Part shown: positions 27,801 through 37,500 of the stretch, piece after piece
Numbering within the stretch: position 1 is the first letter of the stretch
Layout: the number at the start of each line of letters is the position of its first letter
Notes under the pieces: model-generated
Told to the model about the DNA's origin: nothing
Database searches by the model: none
The model's input: the letters and a program-made list of their open reading frames with translations, nothing else
Assembly (NCBI GenBank): GCA_013359215.1
Contig: JABWCH010000011.1
Coordinates: 1 to 53,751 of the forward strand
Reading direction: 5' to 3'
Length of the DNA: 53,751 nucleotides
Origin: Candidatus Brocadiia bacterium
Lineage (GTDB): Bacteria > Planctomycetota > Uabimicrobiia > Uabimicrobiales > JABWCH01
Position numbers and translations under genes: made by a program

Positions 27801-28199
27801 GGCGCAACAGGAATCGTCAATATCCAGATTGATCTTACAATCATTGCAGCCTTGCTTACTATTGTTGGTTACTCTATCAACAATACCATCGTAATCTTTG
27901 ATCGTCTAAGAGAAACACAGCATAAATATGATAAAGAGATTTGGGAAAGATTTGGCAAGGAAAAAATCATCCAGGAGTTCAATCTTGCTCTTAACCAGAC
28001 TTTAGGCAGAACCCTATTTACCTCCTTTACTACTTTGGTTGTTTTGGTTTGCATCTTTGTTCTCAACTATGGTAAAGGCAGCGTCATGGAAGGATTCTCT
28101 TTCGCTCTGTTGTTTGGAGTTGGCATTGGAACATATTCTTCCTGGTTTATTGCTCCTGCTATTGCTCTTTTCTGTGAAAAGAAAAACCGTCGTGCTTAA
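24876..28199 (+). CDS. secDF: SecD-SecF fusion with an enlarged SecF periplasmic domain
   Basis: GLDLKGG, IGPSLG, LTLPGIAG, GMSVDANILIFERIRE, GLDLRGG and GYSINNTIVIFDR motifs; start may be 24834 or 24876. Confidence 0.95.
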   Translation: MRGERIFILLGALSAILLVILFALLLCCPPEHRPLFKDLLSEYKVHYGLDLKGGSELLYQISQKDIDPTRNLSDVLDETIGVISQRIFESNIVKDPKVQKQGEELILIQLPGLNQVETDAIKREIERLGNLEFRLVASKGIGAEIDETEERSKYETMLSLGEASLKDYQNELLAKGYYWYAPRDDSTKSGSQAHLLWIKDGYDFTGKKFRNFYSTTHEARKAIGFELKEEHKAYFGDFTNKYKNERLAIVFNNKVVSAPTINGRIDGVGVMVGFDVKELDLLMKLLRSGSLEVQPELMNENSIGPSLGEDAVRLGVSAGLLGVLCVILFMAMYYLGLGIIANIAMLTNVILMGAILVIWGETLTLPGIAGILLTMGMSVDANILIFERIREEKKKRLDAYKLETGKEKTSFNSAELMDIQNNGYDRAFVTIFDSNITTLFTALILYFIGSGPVKGFGFTLSWGILTNFFTAIVLSRILSSLAIQMGLMRSMSMFEWVKSDRGYKFTNVMHYAWVYSVILIALGMSLFVSRGEQNYGLDLRGGILAQINLEKPLTTQEVRERLKGKFQVEIQHIITEEGLKQEGWYNFLVQMPNLNLDKIETINVKLAELSGELNAKNATLKEYTSIVIRTEEDLKRSKRALNRLMRDKASEENIQKAKQDIKLREDKIKNNRDQVSAAEKEIEKIKGEREKLLKEKNVLGGSEELRKEIQEQFKAELAPLPFGKIQAGEGQFNNYHIIPLSMSTPISSEFAQKTLSTSKKLFREVHVGNKQLGGLLKVKKDSGLSESALAELIQKQLDMVSRIEADKIEKIEVKKSQQENEYSVVVSFTSVVPEYSILRALDECNLESYKVSALDNGQSEMKRFHVFMLLPLKEIQNSADEIQHKVEEELRQAFDEKEYKEEKVYFSNPFPRFTQVSGLVAKAQKAKAYQAIVLSLIMIMLYIAFRFPNGMIYGFGSVVALAHDVLFTMGAIAFFGATGIVNIQIDLTIIAALLTIVGYSINNTIVIFDRLRETQHKYDKEIWERFGKEKIIQEFNLALNQTLGRTLFTSFTTLVVLVCIFVLNYGKGSVMEGFSFALLFGVGIGTYSSWFIAPAIALFCEKKNRRA

Positions 28200-28259
28200 A
28201 AATCAAGATATAAAAATCTTGGTTTATTCTAAGCAATACCTTCCTCTGTAAGAAGGATT

Positions 28260-28289
28260 TCTGGTGTGTGATTCAATGCACACACCAGA
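28260..28289. terminator. 11-bp stem-loop after secDF
   Basis: TCTGGTGTGTG / CACACACCAGA. Confidence 0.5.
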
Positions 28290-28313
28290 GAATTTTTCTG
28301 CTTTCGCCCGTTT

Positions 28314-29078
28314 ATGCGAGAAAGGCAGGTTATGCTATTATCCAATAAAAAAATGTTGATTTTGATGGTGCTTCTTTTGATTCATATCATAGCCTTGTAT
28401 CAAGAAAGAGAAAAAAATAAGCAAATCCCCCTCTTAAAAGAGCAAATAGACCGTTTGGAAACCAATTTGACTCAGGCAAATGAAAAAATTCACCAAATGT
28501 CGCAGAATCTCTCTTCCAAGGATATAAAAGAAGACAACATAAAGCCAGCAGCCTATACTGAACCAAAAAATCCTATAGATCAGCCATCTGTCAGCAATAT
28601 TAAAGATAATCAAAATATTAAAGAAGAAATAATTCCAAAACCTGAAAAAGAAAAAATCCCAGAAAAAAAGAACCTAACCCCAGAAGTCAAAAAATACACA
28701 GTTCAGCAACAAGACCATATCTGGAAAATCATACGCAAAGAATACCAAACAGACAATCGAGAAGAGATAGGAAAACAAATTTTTGATGCTATCTTAGAGT
28801 ACAATCCTTTTTTAAAGGGAGATCCAAACCGCCTTAAGCCAGGTATGATTCTTTATTTGCCTGATAAAAAAAATGTACAAGAAAATGCCCAAAAAAAAGT
28901 GAAAAAAAGTGCCAGATGCCAGTTACCTTCTTATTATACGGTGCAAAATGGCGATACTCTATATGATATATCCAGGAAATATTACAAGACTCACAGAAAA
29001 TGGCTGGATATACTAGAGGCGAATCCTGATCTCAAAGATGAAAAACTTGTCTATGGGATTTGTTTAAAAATTCCCTAA
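28314..29078 (+). CDS. Membrane-anchored LysM-domain protein (two LysM)
   Basis: TM helix and coiled coil; YTVQQQD..WKI and YTVQNGDTLYDISRKYY..W..I..AN. Confidence 0.88.
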   Translation: MRERQVMLLSNKKMLILMVLLLIHIIALYQEREKNKQIPLLKEQIDRLETNLTQANEKIHQMSQNLSSKDIKEDNIKPAAYTEPKNPIDQPSVSNIKDNQNIKEEIIPKPEKEKIPEKKNLTPEVKKYTVQQQDHIWKIIRKEYQTDNREEIGKQIFDAILEYNPFLKGDPNRLKPGMILYLPDKKNVQENAQKKVKKSARCQLPSYYTVQNGDTLYDISRKYYKTHRKWLDILEANPDLKDEKLVYGICLKIP

Positions 29079-29094
29079 TTCCAGGAGAAAAGAA

Positions 29095-29715
29095 ATGATC
29101 GAAATCAGAACTTTCACTTACATCGATATACTACAGCCACAGGTAGCGGCTTTTATCGCAACTATATGCCAGGGGTATTTGCCTCTCGAAGAGCAGGCTT
29201 CTCTATTCATAGAAGTAGCCCCAGGTATTGCCATCAATAAAATTACAGACAGGGCTATGAAAAGTGCTAATGTTTATCCTGGAATGCAGATTGTAGAAAG
29301 ATCTTACGGCCTTTTGGAAATCCATTCTTTTGATCAGGGAGAAATCAGGGCAGCAGGCGATGCTGTTTTAGACTATACGCAAGCAACCGAGTTAAGCAGG
29401 CTAAAGCCCAAAATTCTATCCTCAGAGATCATCACTGGCGTTGATGGTTATCAGGCTATGATTATCAATCGCATGCGCCATGGTCAGTTCTTGCTACAAG
29501 GGGAAACGCTATACGTCCTAGAGGTTCATCCTGCTGGCTATACAGCCCTTGCAGCGAATGAAGCAGAAAAAGCTGCCTCTGTTAATCTTTTAGAAATGAC
29601 TACATTTGGTGCGTTTGGGCGGCTCTATCTGGGCGGCAAAGAATCCGAAATCCACGAAGCAGCAAAGGCAATCCAGTTTGCTTTGAGTTCTATCCAGGGA
29701 CGAGACAATCCATAA
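29095..29715 (+). CDS. Bacterial microcompartment shell protein, tandem-domain BMC-T (CcmP/CsoS1D/Haliangium BMC-T2-like)
   Basis: RTFTYIDILQPQ, EVAPGIAIN, VERSYGLLEIH..DQGE, PAGY..LAANEAEKAA and GAFGRLYLGG are hallmark motifs of stacked-trimer BMC-T proteins. Confidence 0.92.
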   Translation: MIEIRTFTYIDILQPQVAAFIATICQGYLPLEEQASLFIEVAPGIAINKITDRAMKSANVYPGMQIVERSYGLLEIHSFDQGEIRAAGDAVLDYTQATELSRLKPKILSSEIITGVDGYQAMIINRMRHGQFLLQGETLYVLEVHPAGYTALAANEAEKAASVNLLEMTTFGAFGRLYLGGKESEIHEAAKAIQFALSSIQGRDNP

Positions 29716-29774
29716 TGGTGTTTTGGCTTGTGTTTTTTCTAAAATATGAAATTTATTCAATTTGACAATAATAG

Positions 29775-29893
29775 CCTGACACGGATAAACAGAAAAAGCA
29801 TTTTATCACGAATTTCACGAATGGCCGAATAGCACGAATGGATAATTTTATCTTTATTTGTTTTATTCGTCTTATTCGTATCATTCGTGATTT
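29775..29893 (+). repeat. Family A2 inverted CGAAT/ATTCG element
   Basis: Matches the reverse complements of 20009-20118 and 34363-34490. Confidence 0.8.
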
Positions 29894-30004
29894 CAATATT
29901 TTTTTCTGTCCGTGAAGAATCTTTACACTTTTAAACAAAATTTCACTCGTAAGCGACTAAGATTGTCAAATGAATTCTCATCGCTAAAAATTAAGGATAT
30001 TGAT

Positions 30005-31489
30005 GTGGATCAAGATTTACAATCACTTCAGGAAGTGCGGAATTGTGTTGCAAAGGCCAAAGAAGCCCAAAAAGTTCTTTCCCACTATTCGCAAGATGAA
30101 GTAGATAAACTGGTGGGATTGATGGCATCTTATGGCTATAGAGCAGCCCAGGAATTGGCTGAAATCGCCTGCGAGGAAAGCGGATTTGGTAGGGTGGAAA
30201 GCAAAAGGGAAAAAAATATTTTTGCAACACGAAATGTGTATGAAAATATCAAGGATATTAAAACAGTGGGCATCGTCCACCAGGATTTGGAGAAGCAGGT
30301 TTATGAAATAGCTACTCCTATGGGAATAGTAGCGGCTATTATACCCATCACTAACCCTACTTCTACAGCGTTGTTTAAAATTTTGATTGCGATTAAAGCC
30401 CGCTGTGCTATAGTACTTTCGCCTCATCCTCGCGGGGTACGTTGTACACAAGCATCTGCCAATGTAATGAAAAAGGCCATTTCTTCTATAGGTGCACCAG
30501 AGGATCTAGTGGGATGCCTCACAATCCCAACAATGGCAGCAACCCAAGAATTGATGAAGCACCCTGATATAGCTGTAATTCTAGCAACAGGAGGCTCAGG
30601 ACTGGTAAAAGCAGCCTATTCTTCTGGAAAGCCAGCCATAGGTGTAGGCCCAGGAAATGTTCCTGCCTATATCGAAAAAAGCGCGGATATAGAACACGCT
30701 GTCCGATGCCTTGTCGCGAGCCAAACTTTTGACTGGGGAACAATTTGCGCTTCTGAGCAGGCTGTTGTAATAGACAGTGCTATTGAAAAAAAATGCTTAG
30801 AAGAATTTTCTCGCCAAAAAGCGTATATATGTAATGATAAAGAAATTCAGATGCTTGAATCGCTTATGCCTTCAGGCTCAAGCATGAATCCAGACATTGT
30901 AGGCAAATCTCCTGTCTTCATTGCGCAAAAGGCAGGGTTCTCTGTACCAGAAAGCACAACAATACTTTTGGCAAAACAAAAAGGAGTTGGAAACAGCTAT
31001 CCTCTCTCTCGCGAAAAACTTGGCCCTATTCTTGCCCTTTATGTAGAAGAAAACTGGGAAAAAGCTTGCGAGAGATGTTTTGAAATATTGAACTACGGAG
31101 GTATGGGGCATACCTTGGTTATCCATTCTCAAGACCAGAAGATTATTAGTGCGTTTGCATTAAAAAAACCAGCTTTCCGTATTCTTGTCAATGCCCCCTC
31201 TTCTCAAGGAGGTGTTGGATACGCTACAGGCTTAGTTCCTTCTATGACTCTAGGATGTGGATCATTAGGCGGGAATATCAGTTCGGACAACATAACCTGT
31301 AAGCATTTGTTGAATATCAAGAGGATTGCTTTGGGCAATAGCAATCTATTCCCTGATATTGCAACACCTTTTGTTTCTCTGGCAAACCAGGAAAAACAAA
31401 AAAAGTCTTATCATCCTGACCCTTTTGAAGATTTACCTGGCCCAGGAAAGCGGTATTATATAGGGCCTTATAATAATCCAAATATATGA
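30005..31489 (+). CDS. CoA-acylating aldehyde dehydrogenase (EutE/PduP/AdhE-N family)
   Basis: PITNPTST, SPHP, ATGG, GVGPGN, catalytic GTICASEQ and TLGCGS; start set at GTG 30005 (MDQDLQS) after AAGGA. Confidence 0.92.
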   Translation: MDQDLQSLQEVRNCVAKAKEAQKVLSHYSQDEVDKLVGLMASYGYRAAQELAEIACEESGFGRVESKREKNIFATRNVYENIKDIKTVGIVHQDLEKQVYEIATPMGIVAAIIPITNPTSTALFKILIAIKARCAIVLSPHPRGVRCTQASANVMKKAISSIGAPEDLVGCLTIPTMAATQELMKHPDIAVILATGGSGLVKAAYSSGKPAIGVGPGNVPAYIEKSADIEHAVRCLVASQTFDWGTICASEQAVVIDSAIEKKCLEEFSRQKAYICNDKEIQMLESLMPSGSSMNPDIVGKSPVFIAQKAGFSVPESTTILLAKQKGVGNSYPLSREKLGPILALYVEENWEKACERCFEILNYGGMGHTLVIHSQDQKIISAFALKKPAFRILVNAPSSQGGVGYATGLVPSMTLGCGSLGGNISSDNITCKHLLNIKRIALGNSNLFPDIATPFVSLANQEKQKKSYHPDPFEDLPGPGKRYYIGPYNNPNI

Positions 31490-31520
31490 ACATTTTTACA
31501 GCTTTTCTTTAGGAGAAAGT

Positions 31521-32414
31521 ATGATGCAAAAGCCATTTAAGCCAAAAAAAGGTTTTCCCAAAAAGGGTTTTAAAGGAGGCAAAGGGCCAAAAAAATTCCA
31601 AAAAAAGCCCCATAAAGGCCCCAAAAAACCAATTCCAGAAGAAATAAAAGTAATAATGGAAAATTATAAGCTATGTCTTCCCATAGCTTTAAAGGTACAT
31701 ACAGCAAAAATCACTGTCGAACAAGCAGTAGAAGAGCAAAAAATCAAAGATGAAGTCAAAGCAAAAGCCTTAGTTCTTTGCGAAAAATTTAAAGAAATCA
31801 ACTTTGCAGCAGCTTGCAAAATTATCAAAGACAATTCTAGCCCTGAAGAATACTTAGCCAGAATACAGCAGAAAAAAGACAGACTTCTGGCAGTTGAATT
31901 GCAAAAAAAAGCCAGAATGCAACAAGACTCTGCGCAATCTCCAGCATACCAGACATTAGAAGAATATACAAAAGATCAAACTTTATTGGAGCTGGCACAG
32001 TACAAAGGGACATTTAACAAAGGAAGAATCCGAGATTTTACTCCCTATACATTCTACTTTGTATCACAGGATAAAGAGACAATCATCCATCGACTAAGCT
32101 TGAAGTATTTATATAAAGAAGAACACAGTGCCATGCTTCAAAAATGGATCATTACAGACAAAACCATACAGAAGAAGCAGCTTCGTCCTAAATATAAACC
32201 CATAGATCGTTTCCAATTTCCCGAAGGCGTTTTGCAAAAAGGCGCGGAAATTATGCTTGCCCTTCATGAAGGAGAAATGATTCGTGGAGTCATTGAATGG
32301 TTTACTCCTTATGATATTATGCTAAAAGCCAGTGGCAAGTATCCGTTGTGGGTATTCCGTCATGCTGTCATTGAGTGTGCCTTGCTAAAACGCCCTCCCA
32401 AAACTGAACCATAG
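31521..32414 (+). CDS. Lys-rich protein with two tandem Hfq/Sm-like domains
   Basis: 'IMLALHEGEMIRGVIEWFTPYDIML...WVFRHAV' parallels Hfq '[23 protein letters not shown]...MVYKHAI'; a second degenerate copy lies upstream. Confidence 0.6.
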   Translation: MMQKPFKPKKGFPKKGFKGGKGPKKFQKKPHKGPKKPIPEEIKVIMENYKLCLPIALKVHTAKITVEQAVEEQKIKDEVKAKALVLCEKFKEINFAAACKIIKDNSSPEEYLARIQQKKDRLLAVELQKKARMQQDSAQSPAYQTLEEYTKDQTLLELAQYKGTFNKGRIRDFTPYTFYFVSQDKETIIHRLSLKYLYKEEHSAMLQKWIITDKTIQKKQLRPKYKPIDRFQFPEGVLQKGAEIMLALHEGEMIRGVIEWFTPYDIMLKASGKYPLWVFRHAVIECALLKRPPKTEP

Positions 32415-32577
32415 TTCACCCTTCTTATCCTTGTCCTTACAGCAGGCAAAAGCAGAGCTATTCATCATAGCACTGCTTACCCTGCACAAGTTTATTTGCT
32501 GTAGATCCAATTTAAATAAGCATATTGAATGAATAAACCATCTGGTATGCTTATCCAGTCCCTTTAGAGAGATTATT

Positions 32578-34317
32578 ATGAAATATCGCTGGATAGTCAA
32601 AGAAGTAGAAAAAAGCATAGTAGAAAATTTAAAGCAAAACTTAAACTTGGGAGCAGTCTTTTGTACTATACTAGCATCAAGAGGGGTATCTGATGCAAAG
32701 GATGCAGAAAATTTTTTACAACCTAAATGGCAACATCTACATAATCCCTATTTGTTTTATGAAATGAAAGAAGCTATATCTCGCATAAAAAGAGCAGTCC
32801 AGAATCAAGAAAAAATTTTCTTATACGGTGACTACGATGTGGATGGCGTTACTTCTACTTCTTTACTATACCAGTGCCTCAAGCTTCTCAAAGCCAATGT
32901 CGAATACTATATTCCTGATCGCCTTAAAGAAGGCTATGGAATGCATATTTCTTCTATACAATATCTTCATCAAAAAAATGCCAATCTTATTATTACAGTA
33001 GATTGCGGAATAAGCAGTTGCAAAGAGGTTGAAGAAGCCAACCGTTTGGGAATTGATGTCGTAGTCACGGATCACCATGAAGTCGATGAACAAATACCCA
33101 AAGCTTTTGCTATCGTCAATCCCAAAGACCCAAGAGGTACATATCCCTTCAAGGGGATTGCAGGGGTCGGCGTTGCCTTCAAAGTTGCCTGGGCTTTATG
33201 CCAGGAATTTTCAGAAGATGCCCAAAAAGTAGCCCCCCAGCTTCGCGAGTTTCTTTTGGATTCCATGGCACTCGTTGCTTTAGGTACAATCTCTGATGTT
33301 GCACCCCTTGTGGATGAAAATAGAATTATGGCAAGATATGGTCTTCTCGCCCTGGAAACGACCAAAAGCGTGGGCTTGAAATCTTTAAAATCTATTGCCA
33401 ATATAAATCAGTTGAAAACCATCACGTCTGAGCATGTAGGATTTCGTCTTGGCCCTAGAATCAATGCTATGGGAAGACTGGAAAACTCTTTTGAATCCGT
33501 AGAGCTGCTTACTACAAATAGCGTAGAAAAAGCAGAAAATCTGGCAAAAAAAATGGAGCTTCAAAACCAAAAAAGGAAGACGCTCCAGGAAAAAATGTAT
33601 CGGCAAGCCAAACAGCATATAGAAAGAAATCATCTTGCCCACAAAAAAGTACTAACGCTTGCAGAAGAAAGCTGGCATCCTGGTGTTGTAGGAATTGTTG
33701 CCAACCGTTTGCTAGAAGAATACTACAGACCAGTGCTTATGATTGCTTTAAACAATGGCGAAGGAAGAGGTTCTGCACGATCTATACCAGGATTCCATCT
33801 TTTCCAGGCTTTACAAGGCGGCTGCCGCCATCTGATGGCTTATGGCGGTCATGAAATGGCAGCAGGATTTAAAATAAAAAAAGAAGAAATCCCCAATCTG
33901 GACAACTATCTGAACCAAAGAGCGCAGGAAATTCTCACACAAGAACAGATGCAGCCTGCCTTAACTATAGACTCTGAAATCACTTTACAGGATATAGACT
34001 GGGATTTTATCAATCTGGTAGAAAAGATGACCCCCTTTGGAGAAGGCAATTCCGAGCCACTCCTCCTCTGCAAAAACCTGGAAATTGTAAAAAACCCTGC
34101 CCCTGAAAGGTATGGAACAAAAGGCGAACACCTTTCTTTTCGCGTGAGAAGCGGCGAAAAAATTTTCCGAGCAATTTTCTTCGGAGAAGGCCAAATGTTC
34201 GACTCCCTGATGTCAAGCACCCACTGCGACCTTGTTTTCAAAGCAAAACGAAACACTTGGAACGACACAGAATATATCCAGCTTACTATAAAAGACATGC
34301 ATTTATTTTCTAAATAA
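32578..34317 (+). CDS. recJ: Single-stranded-DNA-specific exonuclease RecJ
   Basis: GDYDVDG, ITVDCG, TDHH, GSARS, GGHEMAAG and PFGEGN motifs. Confidence 0.96.
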   Translation: MKYRWIVKEVEKSIVENLKQNLNLGAVFCTILASRGVSDAKDAENFLQPKWQHLHNPYLFYEMKEAISRIKRAVQNQEKIFLYGDYDVDGVTSTSLLYQCLKLLKANVEYYIPDRLKEGYGMHISSIQYLHQKNANLIITVDCGISSCKEVEEANRLGIDVVVTDHHEVDEQIPKAFAIVNPKDPRGTYPFKGIAGVGVAFKVAWALCQEFSEDAQKVAPQLREFLLDSMALVALGTISDVAPLVDENRIMARYGLLALETTKSVGLKSLKSIANINQLKTITSEHVGFRLGPRINAMGRLENSFESVELLTTNSVEKAENLAKKMELQNQKRKTLQEKMYRQAKQHIERNHLAHKKVLTLAEESWHPGVVGIVANRLLEEYYRPVLMIALNNGEGRGSARSIPGFHLFQALQGGCRHLMAYGGHEMAAGFKIKKEEIPNLDNYLNQRAQEILTQEQMQPALTIDSEITLQDIDWDFINLVEKMTPFGEGNSEPLLLCKNLEIVKNPAPERYGTKGEHLSFRVRSGEKIFRAIFFGEGQMFDSLMSSTHCDLVFKAKRNTWNDTEYIQLTIKDMHLFSK

Positions 34318-34362
34318 AAGGAAACAGCATTAAACGCTTATTGACTTAGCTCCTAATTTTAA

Positions 34363-34490
34363 AATCACGAATGATACGAATAACACAAATGAGACGAATT
34401 AAGATGATCTATTCGTGCTATTCGTCCTCGTGCTATTCGTCCATTCGCAAAATTCGTGATAAAATACTTTTTTAATGTATCCAGATTGGG
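34363..34490 (-). repeat. Family A2 inverted CGAAT/ATTCG element
   Basis: ATCACGAATGATACGAAT...ATTCGTGCTATTCGT...ATTCGTGAT plus a TATCCAGATTGGG end. Confidence 0.75.
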
Positions 34491-34579
34491 AGCTAAATCC
34501 ATAAGCATTCAGCATTATTTTTAGGAGAGCAATTGGGAGAAGCTTTTTTATAAAGAGTTTCTCCCAATTTTTATTATCT

Positions 34580-37500
34580 ATGGGAATTTATAGTATATAC
34601 TTTGCATTAAAAAGTAAGCCAGCCATTTTCCTTTTTTTATTTTGGCTTTTTTCTCTTTGTTGTGTTGAAGTGGATTACCAGATGAATCGAAGCCAGGTAA
34701 AAAAATCCTGGCAAGACTATAGAGATCAAAATCTTAGAGATATAAGCCAGTCCATTCAGGGACATTTTTATGAAATGGAAAGGCTCTCCTTTTCTGTACT
34801 TGACGAAATGCTTTTAAAAACATCTATTTTACAGGAGATCACCTATACAAACCCTTCGGAAGGATCTCTTAAAATATTCCAAGCCTTAAATGAATTTTCA
34901 TTTCCTATGGATTTAAACCGAAGAGGAATTGCGGTTTATAATCATTTAAGGCAATGTATAGCTTGGAAAAACTGCGATTTTAATCCCGCGCCTCATCTTT
35001 TGGAAGAATGTTTAAAAGGAGAACGATTTTCTACCATTGTAAAAAGTGGGCGAGGAGTTTTTGTAGTTTTATGCACTTTTGTTCCCATACCTCATCCTAA
35101 ACTTAGAGAATATATAGGCGTAGCCGTCTGTTTTTTACCTTTGGATAGCAATTACCCCCTTTCCACACGATATATCAAAAGCCAAAGCTTTGCCCAAAAA
35201 ATGCTGCAAGAATATCCAGTCCAGGACATAAGCATTAGCTATGAGGTTTTGTTTTCTACTTCTCCCCTTGCTGAAAATAGTATGCAAAGATCCCTGCAAA
35301 GCGTCAATGGGCAGCAGCTAGGCTCTCTTATCTTAACCTCGCTTCCTCAAGATACTACCCTTCAGTCATTAAAGAAAAAGCGCAATGGCCTTTTGCAGAT
35401 AAATACATGCTTTTTTTTGTTTTTTTTATTTGCTTATATCTGCTTTCAGTCTTATAAAATAGGCATAGCCATCTGGAAACAAAATCTTTTAGCAATATTT
35501 TTACTAATTTTGCTTAGAGCAATATGGTTTGCATTTCATTTCCCTAACCAGATACTGCCTTCTTATTTTTCTTCACCTAATGTTTTTCATTCTTTGATAT
35601 TCTCGGTATGGAGCGATTCCTTGGGCAATCTTTTGATAACTTGCCTTCTATTTTTTATCGTCAGCCGATTGCTCCTGATACAAACTCGTGTTTGCTCCTG
35701 GGATATGGGAAAGCACAAATCTTTTCTGTTTTCTTGCCTTGCAGCAATCCTTTTTTGCCTTTTTTTTTCTTGGGGTAACCAGTTTCTATACACTATAGTT
35801 TATTCATTAGTCAAGCATGCCAGTTTCCCTTTGTTCGATTTTACAAATTTAACTCCTAATTTCGACTCTTTCATTCTATATATCTGCATTTTATTACTGG
35901 CTTTCAGCTTTTTCTTCTTTTCTATTTCTCTCTGGAATGTCTGGCAAAAATTTCAAAAATCTTCTCTAAATAGCATATTTTATTTATCGGGCATATCTTT
36001 TATCCTCGTCTTTGCAATGGAATTATCTCCATTATGTCTCTGGAGTGTGTTTTTTTTCTCTTGCGCTATGATAGCCTATTTATATCGCTTTCCTAAACGA
36101 TATGAACTCTTCTATATTTTCCTATTGTTCACTGTTTCTTTCTCTGTTTATCCCTTTCTGCAATACTCTGCAAAAACAAAGACAAGGGCATTACTGCAAG
36201 ATAAAGCAGAAGAATTCCAGGAAAGCTTTATTCGCCATACCCTAAAGGAATCTTTAGATGCAATAGAAAACAGCCCAGAGCTTATACGCTCTTTGGAGCA
36301 GAAGAAAAACGATATAGCCTTTTTATTGTGGGCCAAAACGGATCTCTCAGAGCGATTAGACAACCTGGAGCTTATGGTTTATAGCAAAAATGAAGAAAAT
36401 CACAAAACAGCAGGGACTTTTCAACTTTTTTCTCAATTCTCTCTCAACATGCCAAACCCTCTATGGTATCGTCCTTTGCTACAAAAGGTTAAAAATGAAC
36501 AAAAACAACTTTTAGAAAACTTGCCAGGGATTAGTCCAGAAGGAAAAAATATGCTATTTTATCTGGCAAGTTTACCTATACATAACAGCAAAGACAAAAT
36601 AATTGCATCTGTAGTTCTTATAACGCGCTATCCTCAAATTGCACAGTCTTTGCCAGTCCCAGAAGTATTTGCTAAAAAGCCAACTCTTGCTTCTATACCG
36701 CTTTTAATGGCAAACTTCGAAAACCAAAACATGTTTGTAAGCAATAACCCCTATGTTTCCAAAAATTTTAAGCCATCTCCCCAGGTAATCAAGGAAGTGC
36801 AAGAAAATCAAAAAAATTTATGGATAGAAGAAAGTATAGAAAATTGCGAATATGATAACTTCTACTTTTTGTGGGTTTCTAAAGCATGGCTTGAGAGCAG
36901 AAAGGAATGGACGACCAAAGAAACCATTGGAATGATTGGATATCCCCTTCCCTCCCAGATCACGAAAATTTTTCACCTTCTGCAATTTTTTGTATCAGGT
37001 TTTGCTTTTTTCCTTGCACCTTTGTTTCTTGCCAGAATCTTATATCATCTCCTAAAACAAGGCATTTCCTTAAACAAAATCCGATTGCCCTTTGAATATA
37101 AAATCCTAATCAGCTTTTTGCTTATCTCAGGGATACCTGTTTTTATCATGGGCATTTTAAATAAAGAAAAAGCCATTTCTCAAATTTGGGAAAGCTATGC
37201 TAAAAACCTTACAGAATCGCTGCAAAATGCAGAAAAAGCAATGAGAGAGGAGACTTATGTGCCTTTGACTGTTGATGAAATGGATCCCAAAATGCCAAAC
37301 GATGATTTTTGTAAAAGTTGGGGAGAGCGAAACAGAAGCATGCTCAATGTTTATCTTTCCTCTCAGCCATTTTTATTGGCAACAAATCGGCGAGAGCTAT
37401 TCTATACAGAATTGCTCCCTACCAGGATTTCAGGAGCAGCATACTACCAACTTATATTAGAAAAAAAGGAAATTTACATAACTCTCGAATCCATAGCAGA

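Noticed and set aside
29912-30004. N-terminal encapsulation peptide on the aldehyde dehydrogenase
   Set aside because: The likely start is GTG 30005 (AAGGA upstream, family-typical MDQDLQS), so the extension is probably untranslated.
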